Source: Thelocarpon superellum | Lineage: Eukaryota | Assembly (NCBI GenBank): GCA_026025795.1 | Contig: JAPEUG010000180.1 | Coordinates: 1 to 33,013, forward strand | DNA length: 33,013 nt | Direction of reading: 5' to 3' | Shown here: positions 12,876 through 25,273 of the stretch, one piece after another | Position numbering within the stretch: position 1 is the stretch's first letter | How the letters are laid out: each line of letters starts with the position of its first letter | The notes under the pieces: model-generated | The model's input: only the letters and a program-made list of their open reading frames with translations | What the model was told of the DNA's origin: nothing | Databases searched by the model: none | Program-made: the position numbers and the translations under genes

Positions 12876-14269
12876 GGCATCCAGGACCAGGGCGACGTCA
12901 CAACGCCGAGAGATCCTTTTGGGGATTGCGAGCACCGACTGGAGCAGTGCAACAGAAAGGGAGGGGAGGCTAGAGGGCAGCGAGTATGGACAATTGCCAC
13001 CTCGCCTTCACGTTCGGCATGCACTGCATCGATCCCGGACGGGCCCGTCGGTCAGCCGATCTGCCGAGCGTGTAGGACACCACGGTATGCTGCCCGAGCT
13101 GCGTCCGGCAGTGGACTCCGAGGTCGAAGTTGACTAAGGCACGCCTCTCACGGAAACGACCAACCTGAGTGCGGTGCCTGGGGTTTGCCCGCGAAGCGTT
13201 GGCTTTGCGATCCGTAATCGCTCGATTTTAGTGCATTTTGACCTGTTCCCGTGTCGTTTCGCGCTTCGTCAGCCACCATCATTACGAATCCGTGGGCAAC
13301 GCCAAGAACGAGAGTCAGTCAGTTGACCGGCGGGGCCAGGATGCCGCGGAACATCTGGGTATAATGTACGGTACCAATCGAGCTCACCACACTGAATTAC
13401 TGTCCGACCGGTCAATTAAATGGTCGGTGCGCGACCCCAAGTATTCGTACCGACGAGGACCTTCGTAGCAAGGAAAGCGAACACTCTCAGTTCCAAAATT
13501 TGCGGGAGGGTCAATTTCGCTGGGCCAATCAGTGAAGCGAACGCGTCCTCTTCTGCGGGTGGTAATTTACGGATTTTGCGCGTTAGTTTTTGGACAGCCA
13601 GCATGCACCGCAACGTCGAGGGCTGCGGTGCTCGTGCAAATGGTACTACCGGTACGCCGTAGTACCGGTACGATACGGTACTCGTCCTCTCTAATCGTCC
13701 GCTTCGTCCGCCCTTTCGTGTGGAGCGGAAGCCGTTGACGGTGCAGCCGAAGGTCCGTCGGGCTCGCTCTCGGAAAGGCACCCGCTCCGGCTGAGCCGGA
13801 AGGGCAGACTACTGAGTACGAGTCATGGTAGTTCAAATTTGGATTGTTGCTGGTGCTCCCCTTTAGCCCGCGCGTAAAGTGACTGAGCCAACCTCCGATT
13901 TTGAACAGACCTTACTTACGTGCACCTGTTTCTCGTCCGCGACCCCGTCACTTTCATTCTCTCAATCCATTTACTGCTACTTCGACCCACGGACACGTCG
14001 AACGAGGCGAACCTGTCCCAGCGTCCCCTCCTTGACGAGGGAGCCCGCAAAGTCATCACGTTCGGCGGTGCAGCCATCACGTCACGATAGTCGCTTCTGC
14101 CGAGTGGCGGAGGCAAGGGGCTCATCGGCCTCAACCGCCACCCACAGCATTTACGCCCCGATCCTCCTGGAACTTGGCCCGCGCGGGCTATCAGAGCAAT
14201 TGGTACGTCTCCGACCCCTTTTCTCGAGCACCCGTCTCCCGAATCGAATGCTTGGACGCTCTCGAGATG

Positions 14270-14480
14270 GTATGTCGGGCCGCGCACGCGAGGGAGTCGC
14301 TGTGAGGAGGCTGGCTGCGGTACTGTGCTGCCCCCTGTGCACTCTCTCGATGGGCGTCATTTCTTCGCGTCGTCATCGACAGTCTCCGCGTTCGCAGCGC
14401 ACCACTTCCAGGGAACGCAAGGACCTTGCACGCGACACACGCATGGTCGGAGCCAGTTGCTGATCATCTCTATTCTCTAG
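14270..14480 (+). other. Predicted 5'-UTR intron upstream of LCB2
   Basis: Consensus donor GTATGT at 14270, branch-like GCTGAT at about 14459-14464, and a pyrimidine tract ending in TAG at 14480. It lies 214 nt upstream of the LCB2 ATG. Confidence 0.6.
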
Positions 14481-14694
14481 ATCGCTACTGAACCGTGCGC
14501 CCGGAGGACTTCGCTTCCGCTCTGTGCATGAGTTACACCGCCTCCCACCCGCATCCGGCGATCGAGACACGAGTCAACCAGTCGCTCATCGCCGCTCGCA
14601 TTCTCTCCGTTCGTCGGCCGTCGCACTCTGGCTTGCGCCCGTGGATGCTTTGCTAGAGAAGAGCTCCCGCGCGCCGTGACGTTGTCCGCTCATC

Positions 14695-16770
14695 ATGCCT
14701 CGTCGTTCGCCATACCCCTTTGCTGCGAGTCCGCCCTCGACCGCCTCACCGCCCGTTCCGGCTTCGGATGACAAGGGAGCGTCACCACGAGGAACCGTGT
14801 TAAGGGCCAACCGCATCGCCCAGTTTTTCTCGACCGCGCCCAAGACCAAGCCGGCTGAGAGCCTCACCCACTCCGCCACGACGGCGCTGCTGGCTGCGGC
14901 GTCGCCCCAGCAGCAGGCTCTGCTCCAATCGCCATCGCCCATCAGCTCCGCATCACTGTCCCTACCGACCATCTCCCTCTCGACCGCGCGCGCGGATAGT
15001 GCCAACATGGATCCGCCCCCTACGACCCTCTTCCAGCCGCCGTCGCCGGCCGAAGCCCAACGGCTGGCGCGCCAACACGCCCAATTCGGGCCCCTGGGCC
15101 ATGCAAGCCAGCGCTACACCAGCCGCCATCAGGGCGGCGACTTTCCCGATCCCATCATGGATGAGCCTCCCTACTACTATCTCCTGACGACCTACGTCAG
15201 CTACCTGATTCTCATCATCTTCGGGCACGTGCGCGACTTCTTCGGCAAGCGCTGCCGTCCCGAGCGCTACCGACATCTGATGGCGCGCAACGGGTACGCC
15301 CCGCTGAACAGCGACTTCGACAACTTCTACGTGCGCCGGCTCAAGATGCGCATCAACGACTGCTTCGCTCGGCCTGTGACGGGGGTGCCAGGACGATACA
15401 TCACCCTGGTCGACCGAAAGTCTCGAGACCATAACCTTCACTTCCACCTGACCGGCACCACGACGGAAACGCTGAACATGAGCTCTTACAACTACCTCGG
15501 CTTTGCCCAGTCTGAGGGCCCCTGTGCGGACGCGGTCGAGGAGACGGTGAAGAAGTATGGCATCTCCTTCTCCAGCACCCGTGCCGACGCCGGCACGTCC
15601 GATCTGCACGTCGAGGTGGAGGACCTCGTGGCCAAATTCGTCGGCAAGCAATCCTCCATGGTCTTCTCCATGGGCTTCGGCACCAATGCCACGGCCTTTC
15701 CCGCCCTGGTCGGCAAGGGCTGTCTGATCATCTCAGACGAGTTGAATCACGCCTCCATTCGATTCGGCGCGCGGCTGTCCGGGGCCATCATCGAGATGTT
15801 CCGCCACAATGACATGCAGGATCTCGAGCGATTGCTGCGCGAAGTCATCTCGCAGGGCCAGCCGCGGACGCATCGGCCATGGAAGAAGATCCTGGTCGTG
15901 GTCGAGGGCTTGTACTCCATGGAGGGCAACATGTGTAATCTGCCGGGCATCTTGGCCCTCAAGAAGAAGTACAAATTTCACCTCTTCGTGGATGAGGCCC
16001 ACTCCGTCGGCGCCCTCGGGCCGCGCGGACGCGGCGTGTGCGACTACTTTGGGGTCGATCCGTCCGAAGTGGACGTCTTGATGGGCACCTTGACCAAGTC
16101 CTTTGGGGCGAATGGGGGCTACGTGGCCGGGGACAAAGCGCTCATCGACAAGTTGCGGGTGACGAACGCCGGGACGGTGTACGGCGAATCGCCGCCGCCG
16201 TTGGTGCTCATGCAGATCGCCATCTCCTTGCGCATTATCACGGGCGACGCGGTGCCGGGGCAAGGCGAGGAACGTCTGCAGCGGCTCGCCTTCAACTCCC
16301 GCTACCTTCGCCTGGGGCTCAAACGACTCGGGTTCATCGTCTATGGACACGACGACTCGCCCATCATTCCGGTGATGCTGTACCATCCGGCCAAGATGCC
16401 GGCCTTCTCCCACGAGATGCTGCGCCGAAAGATCTCCGTCGTCGTCGTGGGATATCCAGCCACGCCGCTGGTGTCGTCGCGCGCACGCTTCTGTGTGTCG
16501 GCGGCGCACACCAAGGACGACCTCGATCGACTGCTGTCGGCCTGCGACGTGATCGGCGATGTCTTGCAGTTGAAATTCTCGAGCGGCGTCGCCGGTGGTG
16601 CCGATCCGCTGGCTGACGGGTACGTCCCCGAGACCTTCCGGGAGCGCAAGGCGCGCGCCGGGTCGGGCAAGTCACGCAACTCGATGGAGGTGGCGATGCG
16701 ACCACCGCGGTGGCGGCTCGAGGACATCATCCGCCGGGGTGTGCAGGACGTCAAGGTCCCGCTCATCTAG
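14695..16770 (+). CDS. LCB2: Serine palmitoyltransferase catalytic subunit LCB2
   Basis: Intronless 691-aa ORF with LNMSSYNYLGF, SDELNHASI, VEGLYSMEG, DEAHS and the PLP-lysine motif GTLTKSFG, preceded by a Ser/Pro-rich N-terminal extension. Confidence 0.96.
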   Translation: MPRRSPYPFAASPPSTASPPVPASDDKGASPRGTVLRANRIAQFFSTAPKTKPAESLTHSATTALLAAASPQQQALLQSPSPISSASLSLPTISLSTARADSANMDPPPTTLFQPPSPAEAQRLARQHAQFGPLGHASQRYTSRHQGGDFPDPIMDEPPYYYLLTTYVSYLILIIFGHVRDFFGKRCRPERYRHLMARNGYAPLNSDFDNFYVRRLKMRINDCFARPVTGVPGRYITLVDRKSRDHNLHFHLTGTTTETLNMSSYNYLGFAQSEGPCADAVEETVKKYGISFSSTRADAGTSDLHVEVEDLVAKFVGKQSSMVFSMGFGTNATAFPALVGKGCLIISDELNHASIRFGARLSGAIIEMFRHNDMQDLERLLREVISQGQPRTHRPWKKILVVVEGLYSMEGNMCNLPGILALKKKYKFHLFVDEAHSVGALGPRGRGVCDYFGVDPSEVDVLMGTLTKSFGANGGYVAGDKALIDKLRVTNAGTVYGESPPPLVLMQIAISLRIITGDAVPGQGEERLQRLAFNSRYLRLGLKRLGFIVYGHDDSPIIPVMLYHPAKMPAFSHEMLRRKISVVVVGYPATPLVSSRARFCVSAAHTKDDLDRLLSACDVIGDVLQLKFSSGVAGGADPLADGYVPETFRERKARAGSGKSRNSMEVAMRPPRWRLEDIIRRGVQDVKVPLI

Positions 16771-17371
16771 ACCTGTCTCCGGCACGTCGGGAATCCGCGG
16801 ATGACGTGACGCGACGCGTGGGAATGAGCCGCTCCGCGCGACGACGGGATTAGGCCGGGGTCGTGGGATGGATCTGGCCTTGCGCCCTGGCAATGAGGCG
16901 GGATTCCTATTGCGCCGCCTTGTGTCACCACCCCCACACTCCTCGACCGACCGCCTCACCCGTTCGAATGGCAAGCGGTGGCTAGGCTCGCGACCGCACA
17001 TGATCTGGGCATTGGCGCGCGGCTCTTTCTCAGCCCCTTTGTTCACGGTCGATGGTTGTGGCGTCTTTCTCTTCCCGCTCCTCTTGAGGCTCTGCGTCTG
17101 GCATCCTTTCACTCGTTGATCCTCGTCGACCGCCACGGCAAATGACCTCATGCGTCTGGCGGTCAGCCAGAAGCCCTACGCAAGTGCCTTTTCATGTACA
17201 TAATCGCCTGCCACCCCTAGACTACCTAATGAACATCGTCCTGACGCTTGCGCCCACAACGGATGGACTAACGTGGCCATGGCGTCGCCTGTCGATGCCA
17301 GACGCAAGACATCACCCGGGCCCTACGGCGGCGGTGAATGATCTACCTGCATGGGCGTCTGCACCCTTAAC

Positions 17372-17395
17372 GACGGTTGACGGTTGACGGTTGAC
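17372..17395 (+). repeat. Heptamer tandem repeat (GACGGTT)x3
   Basis: gacggtt gacggtt gacggtt gac read directly. Confidence 0.85.
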
Positions 17396-19343
17396 CTGCA
17401 GCTTGCGCCTGCCGAATCCAGCAGGCCGGAAGGCCGGTCATTTGATGCTGGGGATATCTCCATGGCGACGCATATTCCTCATACCGCAGTCTATGTGCCT
17501 CACGTTACGTGTACGATGATGTCTACGGTACGCTGTGGCGCATCTCAGCATGCGATATGTCAGGCAGCTGGTCAAAAGGCGCTCTGGCTTCGAGCATCTG
17601 CATTCATCAGTCTCACCTGCACCCCATGACCTTGTCCAGCCACTTCTAACAGAAACAAGCACCTTTCTTCCCCCGCGAGAAGCGCTGGATGGAGCTATAT
17701 CAATGTGCCAGCTCACCAGTGAGGCTTCGAGCAAGCCTACCAGTATACTCGTCTCGCAGCCAGCGACCGTATGATTACTCAGTAATGGAAGATGCGCGAA
17801 GTGCATGCAAGCAGTGGCAGCCTCACAAGGCTGTGACGACTAGCGAGGTAGCCCCTAGTGCGACGCGTGAGGCAGCGAATAGGAACGTGAAGAAGATTGG
17901 TTGCCTTGCTGCCCCGCACCCCTACACCTCCCTGCCCGCCACACCTCCCGGGATTCCCTCCTGGACTTCCACCCCATCTCCCGAGAGCTGTGCGCTATAA
18001 CCATAGTAGGCGGAGGGCATCAACGAATGATGCCCTGCGAACTGTCAGCGATGATTCCGACCGATGGTCTGGTGGCTTCCAACCCACCGCGACCTGGGGA
18101 TCAGCCAATCGCCTGCAGCGTCGTCGGTCAAGAACCCTCGTAAGCTCCCATGGTAGTGATCGTTCTTGCGGGCACGAGTCGTCTAGCGACCATGCGGGTG
18201 GCGGAGCCGAACGGAGGCCAGTCGGTTATGAGGCACCTGGCCAACTTCTACGAGTACTCGTGTTCGTGGCCCTCCGGTCGCCGGACTTGACGTGGACAAG
18301 TCCGGCGATGGGCTTGCCGGAGCCGTCCACTCATCCACCCACCCCCCCGTTTGCCTGAGGCCGTAGCCTGGCCGAGGAGAGAGACGCGTGAGAAATCGAG
18401 GCCTGGAACCTGCCATGTATGCATGGCGACGGGCTGTCGGCATGATGCTTGGTCGTAGTTGAGCCGCAACGTCGACTCGCCGAACGCTCGGTCAGACTTC
18501 ACCGGTTGCGCATAAGCCAGACCTAGCGAGGCAAGTGGCGGCGATATGCATGCATCATCGGTGCCGGGCAGCTGCGTCCTCTGCACCGCGCTACGCCGGA
18601 CTCCAACCAGCTGCGAATGATGGCAGGCGGTGGCCAGTGAAGCGTCGAGATTCGAGTCATCTTCTTACTTTCCACCCTGCACGCCAGGCGGCATGAGGGA
18701 AGGCGCGGCGCGGCGCGCTGTCCGTCAACGCGTACCGGTTGCCAGCTGGAACTCGACGCCGCAGCCGGGCAAGGCCCACGCCGGTCGGGCGTCCTCCCAC
18801 GCCACGACCGACCCCAACGTCGGATCCGAACGCAAAGGTTCCATAAGCCACATTAGTCTCTCCTCGCTGGAGCCCTGCAGGGATCGCTGCTGGAGCGTGA
18901 GCTACCCGCATTACGCTCCCCACATCATCCGGGCGTGTGACACCATCTCGATGCGGTCTAACGCGCTGGCGATGACCGGCAAGCCGTGGGCGGAGATCTA
19001 GAGCTCAAGGCAGCACCCTCCATCCCAGGCAACAATGGGGCGTGCTAACTTCCTGATGGTGGGCACCTATGTAAGCCTCACTTCCAAATCCCGGGCCGAC
19101 CGACCACGCCTTGAGAAATGTTGGTGAGACAACACGAAGCTGCCCTCCGTGACAAAGCTGCGTGTAGAATTACTTATATAGCGGCCGCGGCCCTCTCTCC
19201 TTTCTCGCGCTGGTCTCACATTCGCATTTCCATCCCCCCTCACCTGGCACAGATCCAAAGCTCCTGTCCTGACCCCGCATTTCATCTCTCGTCTTTCTCC
19301 TTCAATCGACGTCCGCTCTTGGCTCGAGTGAGCATCCACAGCC

Positions 19344-20972
19344 ATGGAACATCAATTTGGTGCGATGAACCTCAACGGACCCGGCGGGCCCCGACCCGGC
19401 GGCGCTCCTCCGACCCAGTCGACGTGGAACCAGGGCCGTGCGAACGCAACGGTCCTCAAAGGCTTCACGCTGCGGAGAGCTGAGGTGCCCAAGGGCCAGC
19501 GGCAGGGTTGGTCGCTGGTGTCGAAGGTTCCCTGGTCCATCCCCGAGTCGGAGCTCCAGCGGAAAGTGGAGGCGCAGAAACGCAGCCAGGTGTCCAAGAG
19601 CTACGAGGCCCTTTCGCCCAACCAGCAGACGCAAGTCGACCTCATGGTGGCGCAGGAAATGGACCTCGACCGCAGTCCGACGCACGAGTGGCGGTACGTG
19701 TACATCAAGGCTAGTCGAAAGGCGCTGCGAGGTGCCACCGGCTGGGAGATCATCGGGCCGTCGGAAACCGTGGTCATCTATGTCATCCTCCGCCGGTCGA
19801 TCCGGGGGCATTCCCATGCATCGCAGGCCGGTATTCGCAACCGCGACCTCGGCCAGATTGTCGACCTGAACGCGCCCAAGTCGTCCCCGGGCGGCCACGG
19901 CGGCCACGTGGGCGCCCTGTCGCACTTCACCCCTCATTCACACATTGGGCCTGGGACATCCGGTTCGCAAGGCATGCATGGCCCGGCGAACCCGCCTCAT
20001 CACGCCACAGGCCCGCCCCCCCAACCGCGGCCGCCACAGGGGTATCACGGCAGCCATCCGGGTGTCACCATCGTGCCCAACGGCCCGCCTCGGCCGAACC
20101 AGGGCGGAGGGCACGCTGGTCCCCCACAGCCACCGGGCTATCGCGGCACCACGCCCGGGGTCACCATCCTACCAAACGGACCGGCACGGGGAGGCCATGG
20201 TGGACCACCGCCCCCGCCGATGCATCCAGGCGCGGGCGCGGGCGCGGGCGCGCGTCCAGGGCAGGCTGGTGCTCACGCTGGTGCGCACGGGCCCATCCCG
20301 CCACCGCCGATGCCGCCGATGCCTATGGGCAAGGGCAAAGGTGTGAAGGTGAAGATCCACGGTGGGGCGCGGTTTTCGGACAGCGAGAGCAGCCAATCCT
20401 ACTCGGACTCGGACCGCGAGACGGATTCCGAGACGGCGCCCTCGAGCTTTGCGTCGACGCCGTCCTCCCCGCGGAGCTCGATGCGCCACGGACAATCCTA
20501 CCTACACGTCAAGCCAGCGAGTCGAAAGCGGTCCGACAGCCGCGGTCCGTCATATCGCGAGCATCATAGGGCCTCACCGGAGCATCATCGTCGACGCTCC
20601 AGTCGCGCCTCGGACGACTTCGAGCACAGCATGGACCGTCATGACGTGCGACGGTCGCCGTCGATCCACCGTCGCAACTCCATGGTGTCGGAGCGGCCTG
20701 CGTTCTTCCCGTCGTCGTCGGGGTACGACGTGCGAGGCGACCACCCACCCGTGTCACGAGGGTTTCCCCTACCCCGCGTCACCTATCGGCCCCTCTCCTC
20801 GGCTGACGTGCCCGATCTGTCGTACGACGCGGTCTTGGCGAGGCAGATGGCTCAGGAGCAGGCGCGAGAAGAGGCCATGATGCACGACCACCTGCGCCGT
20901 TCTTCGGTCCCCGTCTATAATGCAGCGAATTTCATCCGTTCACCCGCTCTGCGGTCCGGCCCGTACTATTGA
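19344..20972 (+). CDS. Uncharacterised 542-aa protein: about 120-aa folded-looking N-terminal domain followed by Pro/Gly/His-rich and Ser/Arg-rich disordered regions
   Basis: Long ORF with good start context (gccATGg) and GC3-biased codons like its neighbours. The N-domain reads GFTLRRA..W..SELQRKV..YEAL..QVDLMV..EWRYVYIK..VIYVILRR. No function is recognised. Confidence 0.82.
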   Translation: MEHQFGAMNLNGPGGPRPGGAPPTQSTWNQGRANATVLKGFTLRRAEVPKGQRQGWSLVSKVPWSIPESELQRKVEAQKRSQVSKSYEALSPNQQTQVDLMVAQEMDLDRSPTHEWRYVYIKASRKALRGATGWEIIGPSETVVIYVILRRSIRGHSHASQAGIRNRDLGQIVDLNAPKSSPGGHGGHVGALSHFTPHSHIGPGTSGSQGMHGPANPPHHATGPPPQPRPPQGYHGSHPGVTIVPNGPPRPNQGGGHAGPPQPPGYRGTTPGVTILPNGPARGGHGGPPPPPMHPGAGAGAGARPGQAGAHAGAHGPIPPPPMPPMPMGKGKGVKVKIHGGARFSDSESSQSYSDSDRETDSETAPSSFASTPSSPRSSMRHGQSYLHVKPASRKRSDSRGPSYREHHRASPEHHRRRSSRASDDFEHSMDRHDVRRSPSIHRRNSMVSERPAFFPSSSGYDVRGDHPPVSRGFPLPRVTYRPLSSADVPDLSYDAVLARQMAQEQAREEAMMHDHLRRSSVPVYNAANFIRSPALRSGPYY

Positions 20973-21258
20973 GGGAAGGTTGTTGGAAGATTGTCGGAGC
21001 TGTGAGGTTCCCCTTCTGATGAGGCCGCTGAGCCGGCTGTTGACCTGCCCGACCCCACTTTCGATCCCTGCTTCTTCACTATGTCTCTGACGCTGTTTAC
21101 GGTTGGTTTCGGGATGCTGGTCTGGATGGAGAATCTCTGCGAGGAAAGGGTCGATTGCAGGGACGAGATCTTCCCCGCAAGCGATGTTTGCGAGAATATG
21201 GCGCAGGACGTGACTCTGATCTGTATCATGTACCGAGTATGATTTGACAGGAATGAAC

Positions 21259-21288
21259 GATGACGACGACGATGATGATGATGATGAC
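21259..21288 (+). repeat. (GAY)10 trinucleotide microsatellite
   Basis: gatgacgacgacgatgatgatgatgatgac, downstream of the 542-aa ORF. Confidence 0.85.
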
Positions 21289-22613
21289 AAAGGATATGAA
21301 GATGTAGTCGCGACCACAGGAGACCCGAGGAACTTGCAATGCCCGACACATCAAACTTATAGGCCCCGCCCTCATCCTCTTCCCCGCCATTGTCCCCACT
21401 GGCGGACATGCGTGGGTGACGTTCTGCGTTGCCAGTTCACCGTGCCGCGGAAAGTCTCTTCGCCATAGGCTGGCGACACCCTCCCATCACCACCACGCCC
21501 ACGAATCCAATGACCCTCCGATGGCGAAGCGGTCCCACACCAATGGCGTGACGATGTTCTTCCGAATGGCGCAAACGCCTCCATTCATCCGAGGGCTCGC
21601 TTCGCCACGAGCCCGACCAGTGGCCAACCACAGATGATCACGACATCCTCGACCTTATCTTCCCCTCTTCGCGGCTGCGCTATGCTCTTTCCTTCCTCCC
21701 GCAGCATCATGGTCCTGCGTCCAGTCGTTCGATAGGCTATGGCGACTAGTCGATCACTCCTTTCGTCGCTGTCCCTCTTGTCCAAGGGGAGAGCTTGCGT
21801 CTTGACGTGCATATTGCTGGTATGTGCTCGGCCGACCGTATGGTCCAAGTGCGCGTGCTGGCCAAATGGACCACCATCACTGATGCATCTCTATGCACGG
21901 TACGGGTACATTGCCGTCGTCCATCCCACGGAGCCGCACCGGTGCTCTTATCAGAGGACACCTTGCTTCGATATTGGAGAGTCCCCAGCCCACGTCTCTC
22001 ACGCTCTCCGGAATCGCACACCTCTCCATGGTAATCCCACCGGAGGCGCCAAGTCGATGAGACTGTCTCCTCGGGTCCCAAGACGGGATCGATTTGTAAT
22101 GGGGAGAGGGCGATTTTGGCCGTTTTCGCTTCGTTGATTGGGCGAGGTGGGACCGGGTCACTGGGGGTCACTGGGGTCCACTTGGCCTCCCAGAATCCTG
22201 AAACCTCAGGTCCCTTCTCTTCGGGCCCCAGGTCGATATCGATTATGGTGGGGGTTACACAGGATTCCTATTCGTCTCCAAGCGGCACAGCACTACGATG
22301 CCTGCCGATGTAGCCAATGGTCTTCTGACCCCGTCGCCTGTGGATCAGGCTGACGTCCCCATGGCCTTCCTATGATTTCTGTCCCCTTCCACTGTGCCTG
22401 CACGACTCATCGCCCTGCTGATGCTCTGCAAGACTCGTCATCCGACGGGCGATCTAGGGTATTGGGGGACTGTCTATTCAGATGCGGAGGCAAATAAGAG
22501 CGGGGGAAGGTCTGGGGCAGAGACCGATAGTCTGCAATTAAAGGCCTTCTGGAGGAATCGTTGCAAAACTACATCGTCCTCGAGGGACAGTTCTTGTCAT
22601 ATCAAAACGCATC

Positions 22614-23032
22614 ATGCACAGGTATGAAAGACTCCGACTTGCGAGTGTGAAGACCGAGGCTGACGTGACTCCAGTAGTACGGTGCCTGGCTCACCATGCC
22701 GCCGATGCGGATCCGCCTGGCGGCGATACTCTCAAGTTCGCAGAGAAAACCCTAAAGGCAACGCAGGCCGACCGTATTGCAAATGTGTCCTGTGCGACAC
22801 GTTCATCACCTACAACGATGGTCGCGGTCTGGATGACCAGAATCCTCCTTGTCACTGCAACATTTCATCACGGCGTCAACGAGCGGGAGACCACTGTGTC
22901 ATACCTGGACACCTCCACTTCGTTTGTGCCAGTGGTCAATGCCACGTCTACCTACCACAGATATACCTTGGCAGGGTGGTCTGTATCCCGAAAGGACTCA
23001 TCCATCTTGCAGTTGAAAGAGGGATTATCTAG
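22614..23032 (+). CDS. Small Cys-rich GRF-type zinc-finger-like protein (about 121 aa, 2 exons)
   Basis: Exon 1 is ATG CAC AG (22614-22621). The intron 22622-22674 (GTATGA..GCTGAC..CAG, alternative TAG at 22677) joins in frame to give MHSSTVPGSPCRRC...NPKGNAGRPYCKCVLCDTF...PCHC...LHFVCASGQC. The N-x-GR-x-Y-x-x-C-x2-C-x2-F pattern resembles zf-GRF. Confidence 0.72.
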
Positions 23033-23752
23033 GAGATATCTGGGTCATGTATTTAGGACCATACTTTGGGACCTGCAACTACGGTGTGATCAAGCCGCGG
23101 GTTCGTGTCATTTTGCAATAACACCATTCACCAGCATTATCCGTAAAAGAAGACTGCTGTAAAGCATTGAACATGATGCGTGCCTGCAACACTTTCCATA
23201 TTGTTGTATCTTGGAAATAATGAGAGACCCAAGACCCTTTAGACCTGCAAAAGCAAGAAATTGCCATGCAGAGGACGTCCCATCTCTTCTCTTGTCATCC
23301 ACGTCAATAGAGATGAACTGCTGGCACTTGTGACTGCCACCCCACCGATGAGACCACCGAGTAAATGCACGAAGCTCCCATCGCAGCGCTGCTGCTGGAG
23401 TTGGAGTGGGACGACTTAAGAAGCGTCGTGCTACATTCGTTCGAGGGGCTCGTACACGTACAGCACCAATGTGACGCTGGACCAGGATGTACTCAGATGC
23501 GGGATACCTGGCGGCTCGATCACGACGGGGATGATGTCCTCTGTCCATTGGGAGTCAGCGCCACATTCGCTCAACCGGCTTTGGCCGGTGCCGCTCCACT
23601 GCACCACCCCGCCAAACGACTCTGTGGTGACTACTCTGTGGTACCAGCTATAGTACCCACCACTACCCCAACCTCCAGAAACACCCTTCCGTGTATCCCG
23701 CCTCATCATTACCTTCTCAGCTCCACCAAGATAAAGTCGTGTCTCCGCCGTC

Positions 23753-25030
<1,278 letters not shown>

Positions 25031-25273
25031 TGGGCAGATGGGCTGCTTTACAAAAGTAAGAGGCATGGGATTTGCGTGATCCGTAGATTTGGAACCATGA
25101 ATCAAGCAGGTAGAAGACCGAGCGGACAAAGACTCCTCTTCCACCCTCTGTTCCGTGCCATGCAGACGTGTGAGAACGATGTATACGGTCTAACCGGCCA
25201 AGACCGATTGCCACAATGCCAAGATGAAAATGAAGTAAGAGTACAATCCACCAGCTTCCGGTGCCTTGAGACT

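Noticed and set aside
14962..16509. Long antisense ORFs (229 and 258 aa) opposite LCB2, and similar ones opposite the other genes
   Set aside because: These are shadow frames caused by GC3-biased codon usage on the coding strand.
16771..19343. Hidden gene or ncRNA in the long region between LCB2 and the 542-aa ORF
   Set aside because: I found no recognisable protein motif, tRNA cloverleaf, rRNA, snRNA or convincing snoRNA box pair. A covariance-model search would be needed to exclude one.
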